Shown: piece after piece, positions 49,001-61,831 of the stretch
How the letters are laid out: each line of letters begins with the position of its first letter
How positions within the stretch are numbered: the stretch's first letter is position 1
Assembly: GCA_030265395.1 (NCBI GenBank)
Contig: JARFYF010000007.1
Coordinates: forward strand, 35,846,341-35,910,340
Reading direction: 5' to 3'
Source: Rhina ancylostomus
Lineage: Eukaryota
DNA: 64,000 nt
Made by a program: the position numbers and the translations under genes
Notes under the pieces: model-generated
The model's database searches: none
Seen by the model: the letters and a program-made list of their open reading frames with translations, nothing else
What the model was told of the DNA's origin: nothing

Positions 49001-50189
49001 TGGAGTTGGTTCAGTCCTGGTGTGGGCTGCAAGGCGTTTACAACACTGGTCTCAGTGGAAATCACTGAAAATATATTGACACTATTCTTATATGAGGGGT
49101 GGTTGTTTCGTTAAAGAGCAAGCTCTATCTTTGAGCAGGTAATTCAATAGATGCCTTTGAATGACAACTTCAGCATTGCTTCATAAATATACAGCTATGC
49201 ATTTAAGCAAAGGTGTCACCCAGGTCTGATGTTTAACTTGGAGAGTGGGATTCAGGACACCCAACTATCCTGGTCCTGACAGCAAACCACCTGAAAGGTT
49301 TGAACTCCTGAGAGTCCATTGTGATAGGAAATGACAACCGGTCAGCCCGCAGAGGTGTGATGTCAGCTGGCAGGGATCCTAGGAAGAGTTTTCAACACTG
49401 AGGTAAGATGCATGGAAGAGGTCTGGAAATATCTTAGCATAAAGTGGGGAAGGAGGGTTTAAAGCAGTGAAGGCCAAAGCCCTTCCTTTAGGGGCTGAAG
49501 GCAGTTTATAAACTTAAAACTTAATTCAAATGCTTTTAGAGTGCAAGATGCTCCTATTCCCTCAGGCCAATGGCAAAAAAAACCCAAAGATCTCCTTTTT
49601 GTTCCATGCTTTGAATCCAGGGACATTGTATGAATCAGTAGAGGAGGAACTAACTTGCTATTCCTATGATTAGTTAAGATGGGTTATATGTCTGATTTAA
49701 AATATCCAACTATGTCAGATTTTGCCTATAAAGTTAACCTTCCAAGTGCAATCACAAATATAATATCAAGGTAAGTTTTATTTTGAAAAAAGGTTCGTAG
49801 TTTCAAAATGGATATTTGGAATTGTCAACTTTTAGAGAATAGGGCCCATATAAGACCCTCTCATCCTTGTGCTGTTAGGACAAAAGGAGCCACCTTCATG
49901 CAGTAAATAAAGGGGAAGAAAGGAAGGCCTGGCAGATGGTCTGGATGGATGAGGAGCCAGTACTTCATTCTTTTAACTTCATGCAACAATTAGTTCAAGC
50001 TCTGGCATTTTACTTCAGCAGGAACAGTGGATCCTTTAAAGAAGCTCGAAGGGGAGACAGGGCAGAATGGAAAGTAAGCTGTATGCAAAACGTGGATGGG
50101 TTCATTGTTCTTACTCAGGCTAGCAAAAGGTGGGAAGTGATGTGCCAGGTCCACTATTGTCCAATATTTACACAAACAATTTATTCTTA

Positions 50190-51245
50190 GGAATTGAAAG
50201 GCCAAGCTCAGAATTTTCAGCTGACATTAGTGTGTGGCTGCAAATGTTGGAGGAAGGTGTCAATAGAAACAAATTCATGAAGGCATTACTAAACTTGTAG
50301 GATGGGTATGTCATTGATAATTGAAAATCAGTATAGTTAAATCTGAGGTGGTACACTTTGGCAAGCTGAGTAAAGAGGGTACAGGCTCCCAGGAGAAAAA
50401 AATGTCCAAATGTGGTAGAGGATTTGAAAATACAGATAAACAAATCAACAAAACTAGTCATACAGGGTAATAAGGAAACAAAAATATAATGAAGCCTGGG
50501 GTTCATGTCAAAAGGGTAGAATTAAAAAGTAGAGGAATTATCTTAAACATATAGAATTTCTATCAGTCTGCACTTTGGAATACAGTGAGCAGTTTCAGTC
50601 TCCATGTTATGGAAATGATATAGAGGCAGTAGTAAAATTACAGCAAATATTTACTAGACCTGAGAGTCTAGGATCATCAGTAAACACTGAACAGATTAGG
50701 GCTCTTTTCTGAAGAAGAGAGAAGACTGAGGTGTGGCCTGATAGAGGACTTCAGGATTNNNNNNNNNNNNNNNNNNNNNNNNNNNNNNNNNNNNNNNNNN
50801 NNNNNNNNNNNNNNNNNNATGGAGACACAAGAGATCGCAGATGCTGGAATCCAGAGCAAAAAAAAGGTGCGGGTTGAGTGGTATCTATGGAGGCAAAGGG
50901 ATGGTAATCTTTTTGGATGGAGACTCTGCATCACCCTCCACAGATGCTGCTCAACCTGCTAGTTCTTTCATTTGTTTATTTTTTGATTGCACGATAGCAG
51001 ACAAAGTAAATGTAAGATGAACCCAATAATTACAGTAGTGGATTCAGAAGAAACTGCTTTACTTAGAATGTGGTTAAAACATGGAACATACTATCAAAAG
51101 GGATATTGAATTGACCAGTAAAGACCAATAAAGGTATTAGAAAAGCATATAGGGAAGAAAGTAATAGTAAAATATATAGATGGGTGTTAGATAAAGAATG
51201 AGGAGATGATCCATAACCCCTTTGGGTTAATGACCTGTTTCTATT
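50190..51245 (+). mobile_element. Old CR1 LINE RT/3' region, with a gap and a Penelope-type palindrome inserted at 50820-50985
   Basis: Degenerate RT C-terminal motifs (aaatctgaggtggtacactttggc; tggaatacagtgagcagttt; agattagggctcttttct..gagaagactgaggtgtggcctgatagag), then the 3' tail to ~51245. Confidence 0.7.
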
Positions 51246-51289
51246 CGAAAACTAGCTTCAATACTATGTTCTGAAGAAAATGGGAACCA

Positions 51290-51600
51290 GTGAAAGGAGA
51301 AGGCCACAAGGTTTCTTGAGTCTGCTCCAGCATTCAATATCCAGCATGGCTTAACTTACACATCCACTTCATTTCTTCATCCTACTTCCATATTCTCCCA
51401 TTACCTTGGTGCACAAAAGTCTACTTATTCCAGCCATGAATATGGTCATCAGCTGAGCATTTACATCCCTCTGGCATGGAGAACTCCGAACATTCACAAA
51501 CTTAAATGAAAATAATTTTTTTCCCACTTGAGTCCTAAATGGCTGACCCGATATCCTCAGAAAATGACCCTCAAGTCTATACCCACTGGCCAAGAAAACT
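51290..51600 (-). mobile_element. CR1 LINE 3' end
   Basis: The minus-strand ORF 51369-51593 (GHFLRISGQPFRTQVGKKLFSFKFVNV...IFMAGISRLL) is the CR1 ORF2 C-terminus. Confidence 0.8.
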
Positions 51601-51929
51601 AACCTAGCAGCAAAATACTGTAGATGCTAGAAATCTGAAAGTGAGCCAATGAAGGTACTTAAAACCCAGGAGCAGACTTTTAGAATGGAGTTATTGCTTA
51701 ACCTGTGGCCAATGCAGAACAGTAAGCAAAGAGCTTTTATATGATGAAAGATTAAATAGAATTTCTGAATGCTTTCTACAGTTCAATTTTGATAAAGTTC
51801 TTAGAGGACTTGACAGGATAAATACTGAAACCTGAATGGTCATTGACCTGAAATGTTAACACTATCTTTTCTCTATAGGTGCTGCCTGACCTACTGAGTA
51901 TTTCCAGCATTTTCTAAGGTCAATTTTGC

Positions 51930-52230
51930 TCCTCCCAGGACTATAATTCTTTCCAATCTCACAATCCTCTGAGACAGCTACATTTCACTGTCTCTGGCAT
52001 TTTGAGCAACTCTGATTCTAATTGCTTCCCCATTGATGGTTTGCCTTTCATTGCCAAGGCCCTACATCTTGGAATTCCCTCACTAAAGCTCTCTGTCTCT
52101 CTTTCCTTTCAAAATGCTCCACAAAACCTTCTTCATCTGTCTATGCTTTGGTGTCAAATTTTATTTGATTAACACCCCTGTGAAGTAGCTTGGAATGTTT
52201 TAATATAAAAAATACATGTTATTATTGTTA
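51930..52230 (+). mobile_element. L2-type LINE 3' end
   Basis: ccattgatgg..tgcctt...ttggaattccctcactaaagctctc...ggtgtcaaattttatttgat.aacacccctgtgaag..cttggaatgtttt. Confidence 0.7.
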
Positions 52231-52599
52231 TATTTCACCTGCCATCTTTTTGCCTATTCGTTTAAATAGTCAATATCCTTTTGTGGCATCTTCGTTTAAG
52301 CTTACCCTTACTTTATTACCAATTCTTTTACCATTAGCAAACCAATCTGTGATCCTAGCTAAAAGCACCATGAGATTTTAGCACTGAATCCTTTTGGCGT
52401 GCAGCTTGTGGACTTTGTAGAGTAATATGAAGGGAGGTAATTTTATTTTCATTTTAATACTTCGCTTAATTTAATTTCACAGTTAAGTTCTCTTAACATT
52501 TTAGTTTTAAATCATGATATAAAATGGTAAACAAGTGTCCAATTTAACTGGGAGAACTAGAACTGTTTAGTTGAAGTCAAGTGATACACAGATATATCT

Positions 52600-53540
52600 G
52601 TGGTTCCAGGGAGCCTAACATCTGTGTTAGGAAATTGCTGGAATCTATTCTGAAGTAGTAACAGGGCACTTGGAGNNNNNNNNNNNNNNTTAGGCAGAGG
52701 CAGCATGGATTCATGAAAGGAATATCATGGTTGACAAATCTGTTGGAATTTTTTTGAATTGTATCTAATAGAATAAATGAGGGTGAACCAGTTGATGTGA
52801 TGTATTTGGAATTTGCAAAGGCTTTCTTTTTGGGTGCCACACCAGAAGTTGTTATTATTCTGAATGTCCTTGCACATGATTTATTAAAAGTTAACATGAA
52901 AGTTCAGCAAGTAATTATGAAGGCAACATTTCCCTTTATTGCACGAGGTTTTGAGTACATGACTAAAAATTACTGCTTCATTCTTACAGGAGCCTGGTGA
53001 GACTACATCCAGAATATTGTGCACAGGTCAGGTTTCCCAACCTAAGGAAGGATATACTTGTGATAGGGAAGGAAAGTGAAAGTGATTCCTGGGAAGCAGG
53101 GTTTGTTGTATGAGGAGATATTCAACAGAATGGACCTATATATTAAATGAATGAGAGTTGACCTCAACCGTTCAAAATTTTTAAGGGACTTGACAGGACG
53201 GATGTTGAGTTGGTGTTTACCCTGTCTGAGGTGACTAGAATCAGGAATCAAAGCCCTAAAATAAGGAGTCAGCCATTTAGGAAGAACTGAAATTAATTTT
53301 CTTTATCTAGAGTGGAGTGAACCTTTGGAATTCTCTCAAGAGGACTGTGGCAGTTCAGCTGCTGAGTGCATTCAAGAAAGAGAACAATAGAATTTTTGAT
53401 AAGGGAGTCAGGGGAATTTGAGGATATGGGATTACATAGGAAAATGCTGCTGAGGTAAAAGATTAGCCATGATTACACTGAATGGTGAAGCTGGGAGAAG
53501 GGGTCGAATGACCTACACCTGCTTCTATTCCTTGAACTCA
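52600..53540 (+). mobile_element. Internally deleted CR1 LINE (RT N-terminal motifs plus 3' end)
   Basis: QHGFMKGISWLTNLLEFF...EGEPVDVMYLEFAKAF, then RLHPEYCAQ and the CR1 3' tail (gccatgattacactgaatggtgaagc..ggggtcgaatgacctac). Confidence 0.85.
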
Positions 53541-53699
53541 TGTTCAATAAATTAAACGTGGTCTTCCTTAGTTTGTAAATGGTTAAGGTCCTATCCTGAT
53601 GAATACTCCCTGGTTATACTTTGTCATTCCAAAAATAACCTGTCCAATGTTATTCACTTTTTCTGTCCATTAATCAATCCTCGATCTATACTGCATCAA

Positions 53700-53880
53700 T
53701 ATATTAGCCAAATACCAAGAGTCCTAATCTTGTGCACCTTATTATAAACCCTCGAATATCCAAGCATGTTATGTCCACTTGTTCTCACTTATATACCTTG
53801 GAGTTATGTCGTCAACAACTCTAACAAATCTATCAATCATTATTTCCCTTCAATAAAACTATGTTGACTCCCCAACCATA
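53700..53880 (-). mobile_element. Degenerate CR1 RT fragment
   Basis: Minus strand gives SQHSFIEGK..LIDLLE, a decayed QHGF..G.SCLTNL motif. Confidence 0.45.
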
Positions 53881-53884
53881 TTGA

Positions 53885-54270
53885 TATTTCCAACAGTTCA
53901 CACAGTCAGGTTGTAGACCACCCAGGCGGAATATGAGGGGCTGTTCCTCTAGTTTGCATTATGCCTCACTCTGGTAGTGGAGGAGACTGAAGACAGACAT
54001 GTCAGTGTGGGAATGGGTAGGAGAATTAAAAAGGCTGGCAACTGGGAACTCCAGATGGTCATTGTGGATGGAGTACAGGTGCTCGGTGAAGTGGTTGTCA
54101 AATCTGCACCTGGTTCTCCCACTGGTTCCCCTGTCCCACTGGTTCCCCTGCCCCACTGGTTCCCCTGCCCCACTGATCCCATCTGCGCTCTCCACCTCCT
54201 TTACTTGATTCCATGCTCCACCTTCCTCTCCTATCAGATTCCTTCATCTTCAGCCCTTTGTCTCCTCCCA
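53885..54270 (-). mobile_element. Penelope-like element GIY-YIG fragment with an inverted terminal piece
   Basis: Minus strand gives RCRFDNHFTEHLYSIHNDHLEFPVASLFNSPTHSHTDMSVFSLLHYQSEA*CKLEEQPLIFRLG.LQP, the typical vertebrate PLE endonuclease. 54180-54270 looks like + strand PLE 3' sequence. Confidence 0.85.
54110..54180 (+). repeat. 17-bp minisatellite (CCACTGGTTCCCCTGYC)~4
   Basis: tggttctc ccactggttcccctgtc ccactggttcccctgcc ccactggttcccctgcc ccactgatccc. Confidence 0.9.
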
Positions 54271-54739
54271 GTTTTTGTGACCAGGATTTAGAAGTGGTCC
54301 TGAGGTATACTCCTTCAGATCGCATGAGGAACCTCAATTGAATTCTCACAGGATAGTGAAAAACTAATGAATGAAAAATAGATTGCATTTTTAGTAAAAT
54401 AGGGAAAGGAAGATTTGAAATAGTCCCAAGCAAGCATCTAGGGGGAAGGTATTAGGAAAAAAGCAGGAACCAAAATGGTACATAAAAGCAGAAGGCACTG
54501 GAAATACTCAGCAGGTCAGATTGCAACTGCAGAGAGAAAAGAAGAGCCAACATTCCAGGTTCATGATCATTCATTGGGAGTAAACAAAATGATACAGTTT
54601 CATCAACTCTGAGAGAATAGAAAATCTTGAATGTATTTCCTCTGGGTTATTGAAGAACGGAGAAACTGGAACTTGAAGTGGACTATCAATTTGAGGAATG
54701 AAGATTTGGAAGTGTGAAATATACAAAGATGTATATTGC

Positions 54740-55400
54740 ACCATAGAATTTAGAATTATGGAATCAGGGAATAGTAACAACATGGAAGGTGGTCTTTTAG
54801 CCCTTTAAGTGCACATTGGCTCTCTACAAGAATAATGAAGCTATGCTCACACACTCGCTTTTCTTGTAGTCCCTTCAGATTCTCATCCTATTCCCTTTCA
54901 AAAGCCAAAATTAAATTTGCCTCCACCACCCTGTCGGGCAATACATCCAGCAATGGTTCTTCTGGCAATTGCTTTAAATCTGTGTCCTGTTGTTCTCATT
55001 CCTTTCACCAATGGGGACGGTTTCTTTCTATTTACTCTGTCCTGATCCTTGTCATTTTGAACACCTCAATTACACCTCTTCTGAATCTTCATTGCTTCTC
55101 CAGTCAGTCCCCATAACATTTCCCTCTTTCATGGAATCATTCCATAAATCTTCTCTTCACCCTCTGCATGGTCTTCATGTCCTTCCTAAGGTGCTACAAC
55201 TTTTATCTGATTTAATATTCCAATTGTGACTGAGCCAATATTATATAAAGATTTGTCATAACTTCCTCATTTTTGTACACTCTACTTATGAATCTCAGGC
55301 ACCAGTTAGCTTTTCAAGTTGCTTTCTCAGCCTTCCTTGCTATGTTCGATACACAGGTACACCCAAGTCTCACTATTTTTGGATTCTCCTTAGATTTGTA
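54740..55400 (-). mobile_element. Old CR1 LINE 3' region
   Basis: catagaa..acaacatggaaggtggtc..tttagccc...aatttgcctccaccaccctgtcgggcaatacatccag...ttcaccctctgcatggtcttcatgtccttcctaaggtg. Confidence 0.7.
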
Positions 55401-56595
55401 TCCTTTATATTCTACTGTTTTTCTTCTGCCTTCCTACAAATATGTGTCACTTTTCACTTCAGACTTATGAATAATAAAAGAATATACTTCTGTGCATTGA
55501 GCCCAGTGGTGGAGCACTTAAGAGAAGTTCCAGCTTTACTCCACAGAGGGTTGGCATGTGACTCTTTCATTTGAATGATGAGTCCATGGAGACAGTTAAG
55601 TCCTTGGCTTATTGTACTTAATTATAAGGTTTTAACTTATTTACTAATATTTTAAAGTTTTAATTAATTTTGTTTGAATTATACAGTTTTAAAAACAAAT
55701 AATTAGATCTATTAACTTCAATAATTGGATCTCTGGCTTTCAGGGACATTTTAAAATAACTAATATGCCTTTTGCAACCAATGAGCTGTCAAAAGTTGTC
55801 AGGCATTCTGGGTATAGAGGCTCAGGATGTGCCACTTGAGGCCTACTACCCATTGGACCCTACTCTGCCTTCATGAGTATCTGTCTGATGTGGAGCTTGT
55901 TCAGTTCTCTATATTTGGAAAAAGTGAAATATGTGAGGATCCCACCCAATGAATTACAAAGGAACATCAAACTCAGCCGTTTGCAAAAGGCCATTGAACT
56001 GTGTCAATGGAGTTGGGAATCTTAAACTGCAGAAGCCAGTTGACCAGAATATTCATAAAGACTTGCATTGGAGCTTAACTATGTCTTATTTCAAAGCAAT
56101 AGAGCCTGATCTTCCCATTTCATTTCTCTCCAATGTGTTCCCGATCCATTGAAGTATTTCTTCAAGAAAGTTAGGCAATTGTTTTTGAAATGGTAGGAGA
56201 TATCCAGCCTTCATGAAATTACTGAGAATTGAGTTTATTTAATATTGTATGCTTAAAATGCTATTCCCACTTTCATGAATGTCCCCTTTTGCTACACCTC
56301 CACGTGTCCTGGATTTTATCCTTTAAAACATCAAAGGCTCAACTTTTTTCTTTACCCAAAGCCAGGAGAGTGTTCAATTTGTGAGATAGGGATTTCATTG
56401 TGATGTGGAAACAGCAGTGGATCACATATAATGATGATTCTTAGACACTGCTCAAGTACACCTTAACTGTCAAATAGTGCAGTGTGAGAGTTTTGAAGAA
56501 ACTGTCTGAACACCAACCGATAAAAAAGCCAATTTAGCAACTCAGTCCTCAGAGTGATGGTAAGCACAGAAGACCCTAATGATGTCTGAGAATCA

Positions 56596-56942
56596 CAGGA
56601 TCAAAGAGAGATATAGCACAGAAACAGAGCCTTTGGCTCACCAAGTTGCACCAACTATCAAGTATCCATCTTTACACTAATCTGACCTGAAACCATTTTA
56701 TTTACTCACGTTACCATCAACTCCCTCCAAGTAATACTACTCTGCCACACTAGGGGTAATTTACAGAAGCCAATTACCCGATAAACACACTTTTTTTTTG
56801 GAAGTGGGAGGAAACTGGAGCACCCAGAGAAAACCCAGGGAGAATATGCAAACTCCATGCAGATATCACCTGAGGTCAGGATTGAACCTGGGTCCCCGGA
56901 GCTGTGAGACAGCAGCTGTACCAGCTATACCACTGTGCTGCC
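56596..56942 (-). mobile_element. HE1-type V-SINE with HER1/CR1-derived tail
   Basis: tRNA head at 56870-56942, V core (ttggaagtgggaggaaactggagcacccagagaaaaccca), tail gcacagaaacagagcctttggctcacc. Confidence 0.85.
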
Positions 56943-58314
56943 TTATGCATTTGTTTCGAGGACCTGAGAGAAGGAGGGAAGCCTGCAAGTACATTGCACA
57001 TTTACTCTGCTGCTCAAAAAACCTGGCAGAAGTTGTGGTGTACAAGATATTACGGGATATTACGGGAAAGTCACACAGGACATGAAAAAAGTCATGATTG
57101 ATAAAGAGAGAGATGCAAAAAACATTGGATGGAGGTGATTAAGATAAAGTATAGTGGAAAATAGGATTGTGCAAATTATAGTGGAAGAGAACAAATTCTG
57201 CAGCAAGGGAGTTCCATGGAACAAATTACACAGATCCAAGTCTTCAAGAACTTGCTGAACTGGAGGATATGGATTCTGCACCAGCACTACTCAGGTAATG
57301 TCAGGGTAGTTGGTGCTGTTGTTTTTCTGTGCTGAAGCCATTAAAGCTGCTCTGGTAAAATCATTTCGGAGCTCTCCTTTGTGCTTCACTTGTCATGATT
57401 GGGATCCAGTTTGAGGCACACAAGCACTCTTTCAATGCACAACCAAGGGGCCAGATACAGGAAAGACAAGTGAGACTGTGATAGTGTAGTGGGAACGTGA
57501 GTTGGAAAGATCCTGCCAAATTTAACATATAGCTGCTATTGAATTTCATTGCAATGTAGAAGGAGCTTATTATAATTTTCCTACTATTTTCCTTACTGCA
57601 ACTGGCCAAATTGCTGCCTGCCAGGTGGGAAAACCAGAGGCAGGAGACAACTGCCATAGTTTCCTGGGGATGGTCAATAACAACCGGGGGGTGGGCAGCT
57701 ATACGTAGATTAGGTCTTGGTGGGGTGTAGAAGCAACCAAGGATGGGAGGGATGAGATAAATAATGGTTTGGTGGGTCTGGTTGCCAACTCTAATGCAAC
57801 ATATTCCATAAGATGTGCTTATGCTATTTGTTTATGTGGTTCAATGATGTTTACCCACCATTCACAAATGCTAGTGCCTTTACCTGAGTCGAGTATTTAA
57901 GGATTGGTAAGCCTCCCCAAAATTTGTCTTTTTTTCATGCTGATATAGATAATTCATGCTAAAAAATTCACGTCATGACCCTTATCAAAACGCAACAAGC
58001 CATTAAGACAATAATGAATAAATTAAACCAAAACTAAACCTAGTTCAACTCACTGACTCTTGCATTAGATCACAGAATTCCAGCTTCAGGAATGACAGAG
58101 CTCAGTCCTCAGGTTAAAGGACCTAAACTTCCCAAACCCAGTCATAAAACACACTGCAGTAAACCTCCAGGGTTAAAAGAAATTGCCCTCCCTCCTGAGT
58201 TCATGTTTCTCTCTCCCTCTCTTCTCCAGTTTGTATTTTTCTCTCTCTCCTTCCTCTAGTTTGTATTTATCTCTTCCCCAGTTTGCAGACTTCTTTCTTC
58301 TCCCGAGTATGCAT

Positions 58315-58755
58315 TTCTGAGATCACAATTCATTTGGATAATTATGGATAAGGAGTAAGATAGACCCAGAATAGAAGTTTTAAATTGGATTACATCCAAT
58401 TTCATCAGACTGAGATAAGTTGACAAAAATAGACTAGAAACAGCCATTTGAAGGTGAATAAGTGTCAGAGCAGGAGAAGGGAATGGTGAGAGTTCAAACT
58501 GGATGTGTTCCCAGTAAAAGGGGGTATTCCCAATCCAGACCTCCTTGATGCAAGAATATTGTGGAATAAAATAAAGCAAAGAAGGCAACCTTATTACACC
58601 GTAGAAAGGTTAGGGGAATATAAAAGGTGGAGAGCTGAAATTAAGAAGGAAATGAGGATGACTGACAGAGTGCATGAGCAAGTATTGGCAGGAAATGTCA
58701 GGGGAAACCTAAGAATGTTTCTGAAATATATGAAAGGGAAGAGGATAACAAATTG
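58315..58755 (+). mobile_element. CR1 LINE ORF2 fragment (EN-RT linker)
   Basis: GEYKRWRAEIKKEMRMTDRVHEQVLAGNVRGNLRMFLKYMKGKRIT matches the CR1 EYK..R.ELKKEIRRAKRGHE..LA..IKENPK.F..YIK.KR motif. Confidence 0.8.
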
Positions 58756-59795
58756 CTGAGCTCAGGAAAATCCAACTGCTAAGTGAAATTTGACTCCTAA
58801 TTACAAGTAGGAGTCTTGGTTTAGATATGTGAATGAAGTGTCCAGTAATCCAAGTGGATGGCACACAATCTTCTTACCCCTCAGCAAGATGAACACAACT
58901 GGCAAAGATTAAGTGGATGGGGGAATTCACATGGACATTTTTGCTTGTGGATTCTACGCCGGGTAAAATAGAATTTGGTGCAATTGATGCATTCTTCTTC
59001 TTAGACAGCTCCTTGGGGTGGAAGATGACTTCTTCCATTTTGTTCTGAAGATCCCCTTCCTCTCCGCTCACTCCCACTTCACACACTTCCTTCTTCTTAA
59101 CCACTCCCAAACTTCTTTCCCACTCAATTTCTTTGCTGTCTCCAACTCTGGCCTTGCCCCATATTCTAGCTAACACTTGTGAGCCGTCCTCCAAGGTCAA
59201 AGCTGCTTGTCAACTGTTGCCATCCGCTGTCTTCATGGCTGCGCCCCAATTGCTGATCATCCTCACTGCAACCTCATCTTCCAGGCTCCTCTTAAATCCA
59301 GGGAGCTCTGCCTTGAGTACTCCTCCTCATTACAAGGGACCTCTATGTCCTGGTAAGCTGAGGGGGCCTTTGTCCCCTGTTCTCCCCTGAAACTCTGGGA
59401 GTCCTGTCCCTTTTACTCCTCTGAAACAAATGGGTCCCTCTCCATTATGCTCCTCTGAATCCTATACTCCTCCGAAACCTCTATTAGAAGCAATAACCAT
59501 GAGCACTACATGGTTCAATTTCGAAGCACTTTAGCTATTATAAAAGAAAATCGTAGGGTTTCTTAAAGCTCAGCGAGGCACTTGCTCCAATTTTTTCATC
59601 GATTTCTTTGAGGCATTTCAAATGGTGACTCATGCAGCTGCAACTGACTAACTGGAAATGATGGGAGATCTTTTATTTTAGCTAGGATATGTACTCTAGC
59701 TGCGAGAGCGATCAAATCTATTACAAANNNNNNNNNNAGAGATGAGTATCCAATGGCTGCTCTGAAAAATGAGTGACAGTAAGAGGAACATCTTG

Positions 59796-60082
59796 GGCAG
59801 GCATGGTAGTGTAGTGGTTAGAGTAATGCTTTACAGTGCCAGTGACCCTGGTTCAATTCTGGCTGCTGTCTGTAGAAGTTTATACGTTCTCCCCAGATCC
59901 GGGTGCTGTGCTTTCCTCCCACATTCAAAAGACTTATGGGTAAGGAAGTTATGGGCAGACTATGTTGGTGCCAGAAGCATGGCAACACTTGTGGGCTGCC
60001 CCCAGGGCACTCTATGCAAAAGATACATTTCACTGTGTGTTTTGGTATACATTTGACAAATAAAGATATCATATCTTATCTT
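59796..60082 (+). mobile_element. tRNA-derived V-SINE (same family as 3376)
   Basis: ggcatggtagtgtagtggttagagtaatgc...ggttcaattc...ttcctcccacattcaaaagac...ggcaacacttgtgggctgcccccag...atttcactgtgtgttttggtatacatttgacaaataaagatatc. Confidence 0.9.
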
Positions 60083-61831
60083 GTATCACTTGAATACTCC
60101 AGGCATTCATTTGCCCTTCTGATTCAAATCTTAGACAGGCATTTAAATGGGCATCCAACATTAAGCCCAAAATAGGCCATTCAATGCACCTCTTATTGGA
60201 TGCTGATTGCAATATTAAACCACAAATATGTACAATATAGGTGCACATAGACCCCTGGTGTATGAGATATTGGTTGATCATTGAAGGAAGCAACAGAGGT
60301 TGGTCCAGGAGAGTTAAGCATTCAGTTTGGCAACCCTAAAAATTCTTCCAGGCCTCTCCTGCTTACTCCTGAGGAAACGGTCTTCCTTTGAAGGCCCAAG
60401 CTACCAGTTGTCTCTGAGCAGAAATGTACTGTCTCCTGAAACCAGAGCTGCAGACCATCTTACTATGGTCCTGAGCTGGTGCATGGGTGAACCGCAGTGA
60501 TTTCTCTTCCCTTCTGGGCCAATGTTAAAATGCTACTCCCTTTTCAGAAGAGGAATGAGCCAATTTTATTCTCCGTCATTTATTCAGACATCCATCAGAA
60601 CTGTTGAACATCATCATACGGAATGGCTGAAGTACCTATTCCTGGTATTTCCATTGACGTCAAACTGCTTTCCACAAATGTTAAGGTGTCTCTGACCTCA
60701 GCTCGATATCTTTTTGCTCAATTTGGCGAGTCATAATACATTGTCATATGTTAAATTAAGACTTCCATACACATTGAGTTTACGTAAGTTTATAACACGA
60801 TTCAAAATACATAGAGACAGGAACAGTAACATATAATGAGGGATTGAAAGCCTGGGGTTTACAATTCTGCAGAGCAAATTTCTTTTTGGCAGAGTACTTC
60901 TCATACTTGTTTAAACATTTTATCAAAACGGTTTACCTTTGAGAGAAGTAGGCAGAGGATTTAGTTAAAAGTCTAGATTGGAATTTCAATAAATGTGCAT
61001 AAGAAGTGGTACTCAACAGAACTTCAAGCCCATTTGCACCATTTACTCTTTTAAGAGGACAAGGAATCTCAGTGTATGACTAGATTCACTCTTGAACTAG
61101 CTGGCTTGCTAGACACACATACTAATTGATAAATAGATCGAGACATGCTACGCGAAGTGTTGCACACATGGTGAGGACTAGATAGCAGTATGGTCATTGA
61201 TGAAGTACCAGTCCCAAAAAGCTTAGTGTCCTTTTTGAATAACATTTTCATGAAAACACCTTCGAACAATTTTCTACATTAAATATTCCATGTCACAAGT
61301 TGCGACTAACCGAGTTATATGAGGATGACCTTAGGCACCTTCTTTTAAGCAGGGATACAGTATTAACAACATAAGATTGAATAGTATTTTGTGCCCTAGT
61401 AAACAGCATTTGAAGTTGAACTGAATAATTAAATGAGACTGATGCTTGGACAAATCTGCCATCTTCTACTGAAGTTGTTGTGGATACTGATTGCAGCTTT
61501 GCAATCTGTCATTGAGCACACAGCAACATTAACTGGAGCTCTTGTGCCAGCCTCACTGGATCCTCATTTCCCTTGAACAGCTCCATTGCCAACACCAAGA
61601 CTTTAGGGACACTTCATCTTGTTTGGAGCACAGATAGTAGTGACAATGAGATATTTTAAGAACTTAAGATACACAGCGAAAATGCTCTTTCCAATTGCCA
61701 ATAATTATGAAGAGATGTTCTTCATCTGTGCTATGCATGGACTAAGTTGGCACTCATTTCAGAAGCATTTTGATAACCTTGCACAAAAAGATGGCAGATG
61801 CTCCCTTAAATTTTAAGGAAAAAATGGCCAA

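Noticed and set aside
48647-49114. 155-aa plus-strand ORF
   Set aside because: TTG start, no recognisable motif or coding-like composition.
54110-54180. Short regularly repeated units resembling a CRISPR-like array
   Set aside because: Head-to-tail minisatellite with no unique spacers, in a vertebrate context.
427-59737. N runs near 427, 28894, 30795, 35837, 37125, 50759, 52676 and 59728
   Set aside because: Assembly gaps; ORFs spanning them are artefactual.
59796-59870. tRNA-like sequences (also at 3600-3666, 6198-6290 and 56870-56942)
   Set aside because: SINE heads with A/B boxes that continue into SINE bodies; no complete cloverleaf.
57775-60340. GGTTGCCAA / TTGGCAACC motifs as possible hAT-type TIRs
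   Set aside because: Too short, no TSD or transposase found, and the motif also matches RFX half-sites.
60400-61830. Unique-looking stretch next to the large inverted repeat, examined as a possible transposase relic
   Set aside because: My partial reading of both strands and the ORF track gave no recognisable DDE, tyrosine-recombinase or helicase motifs.
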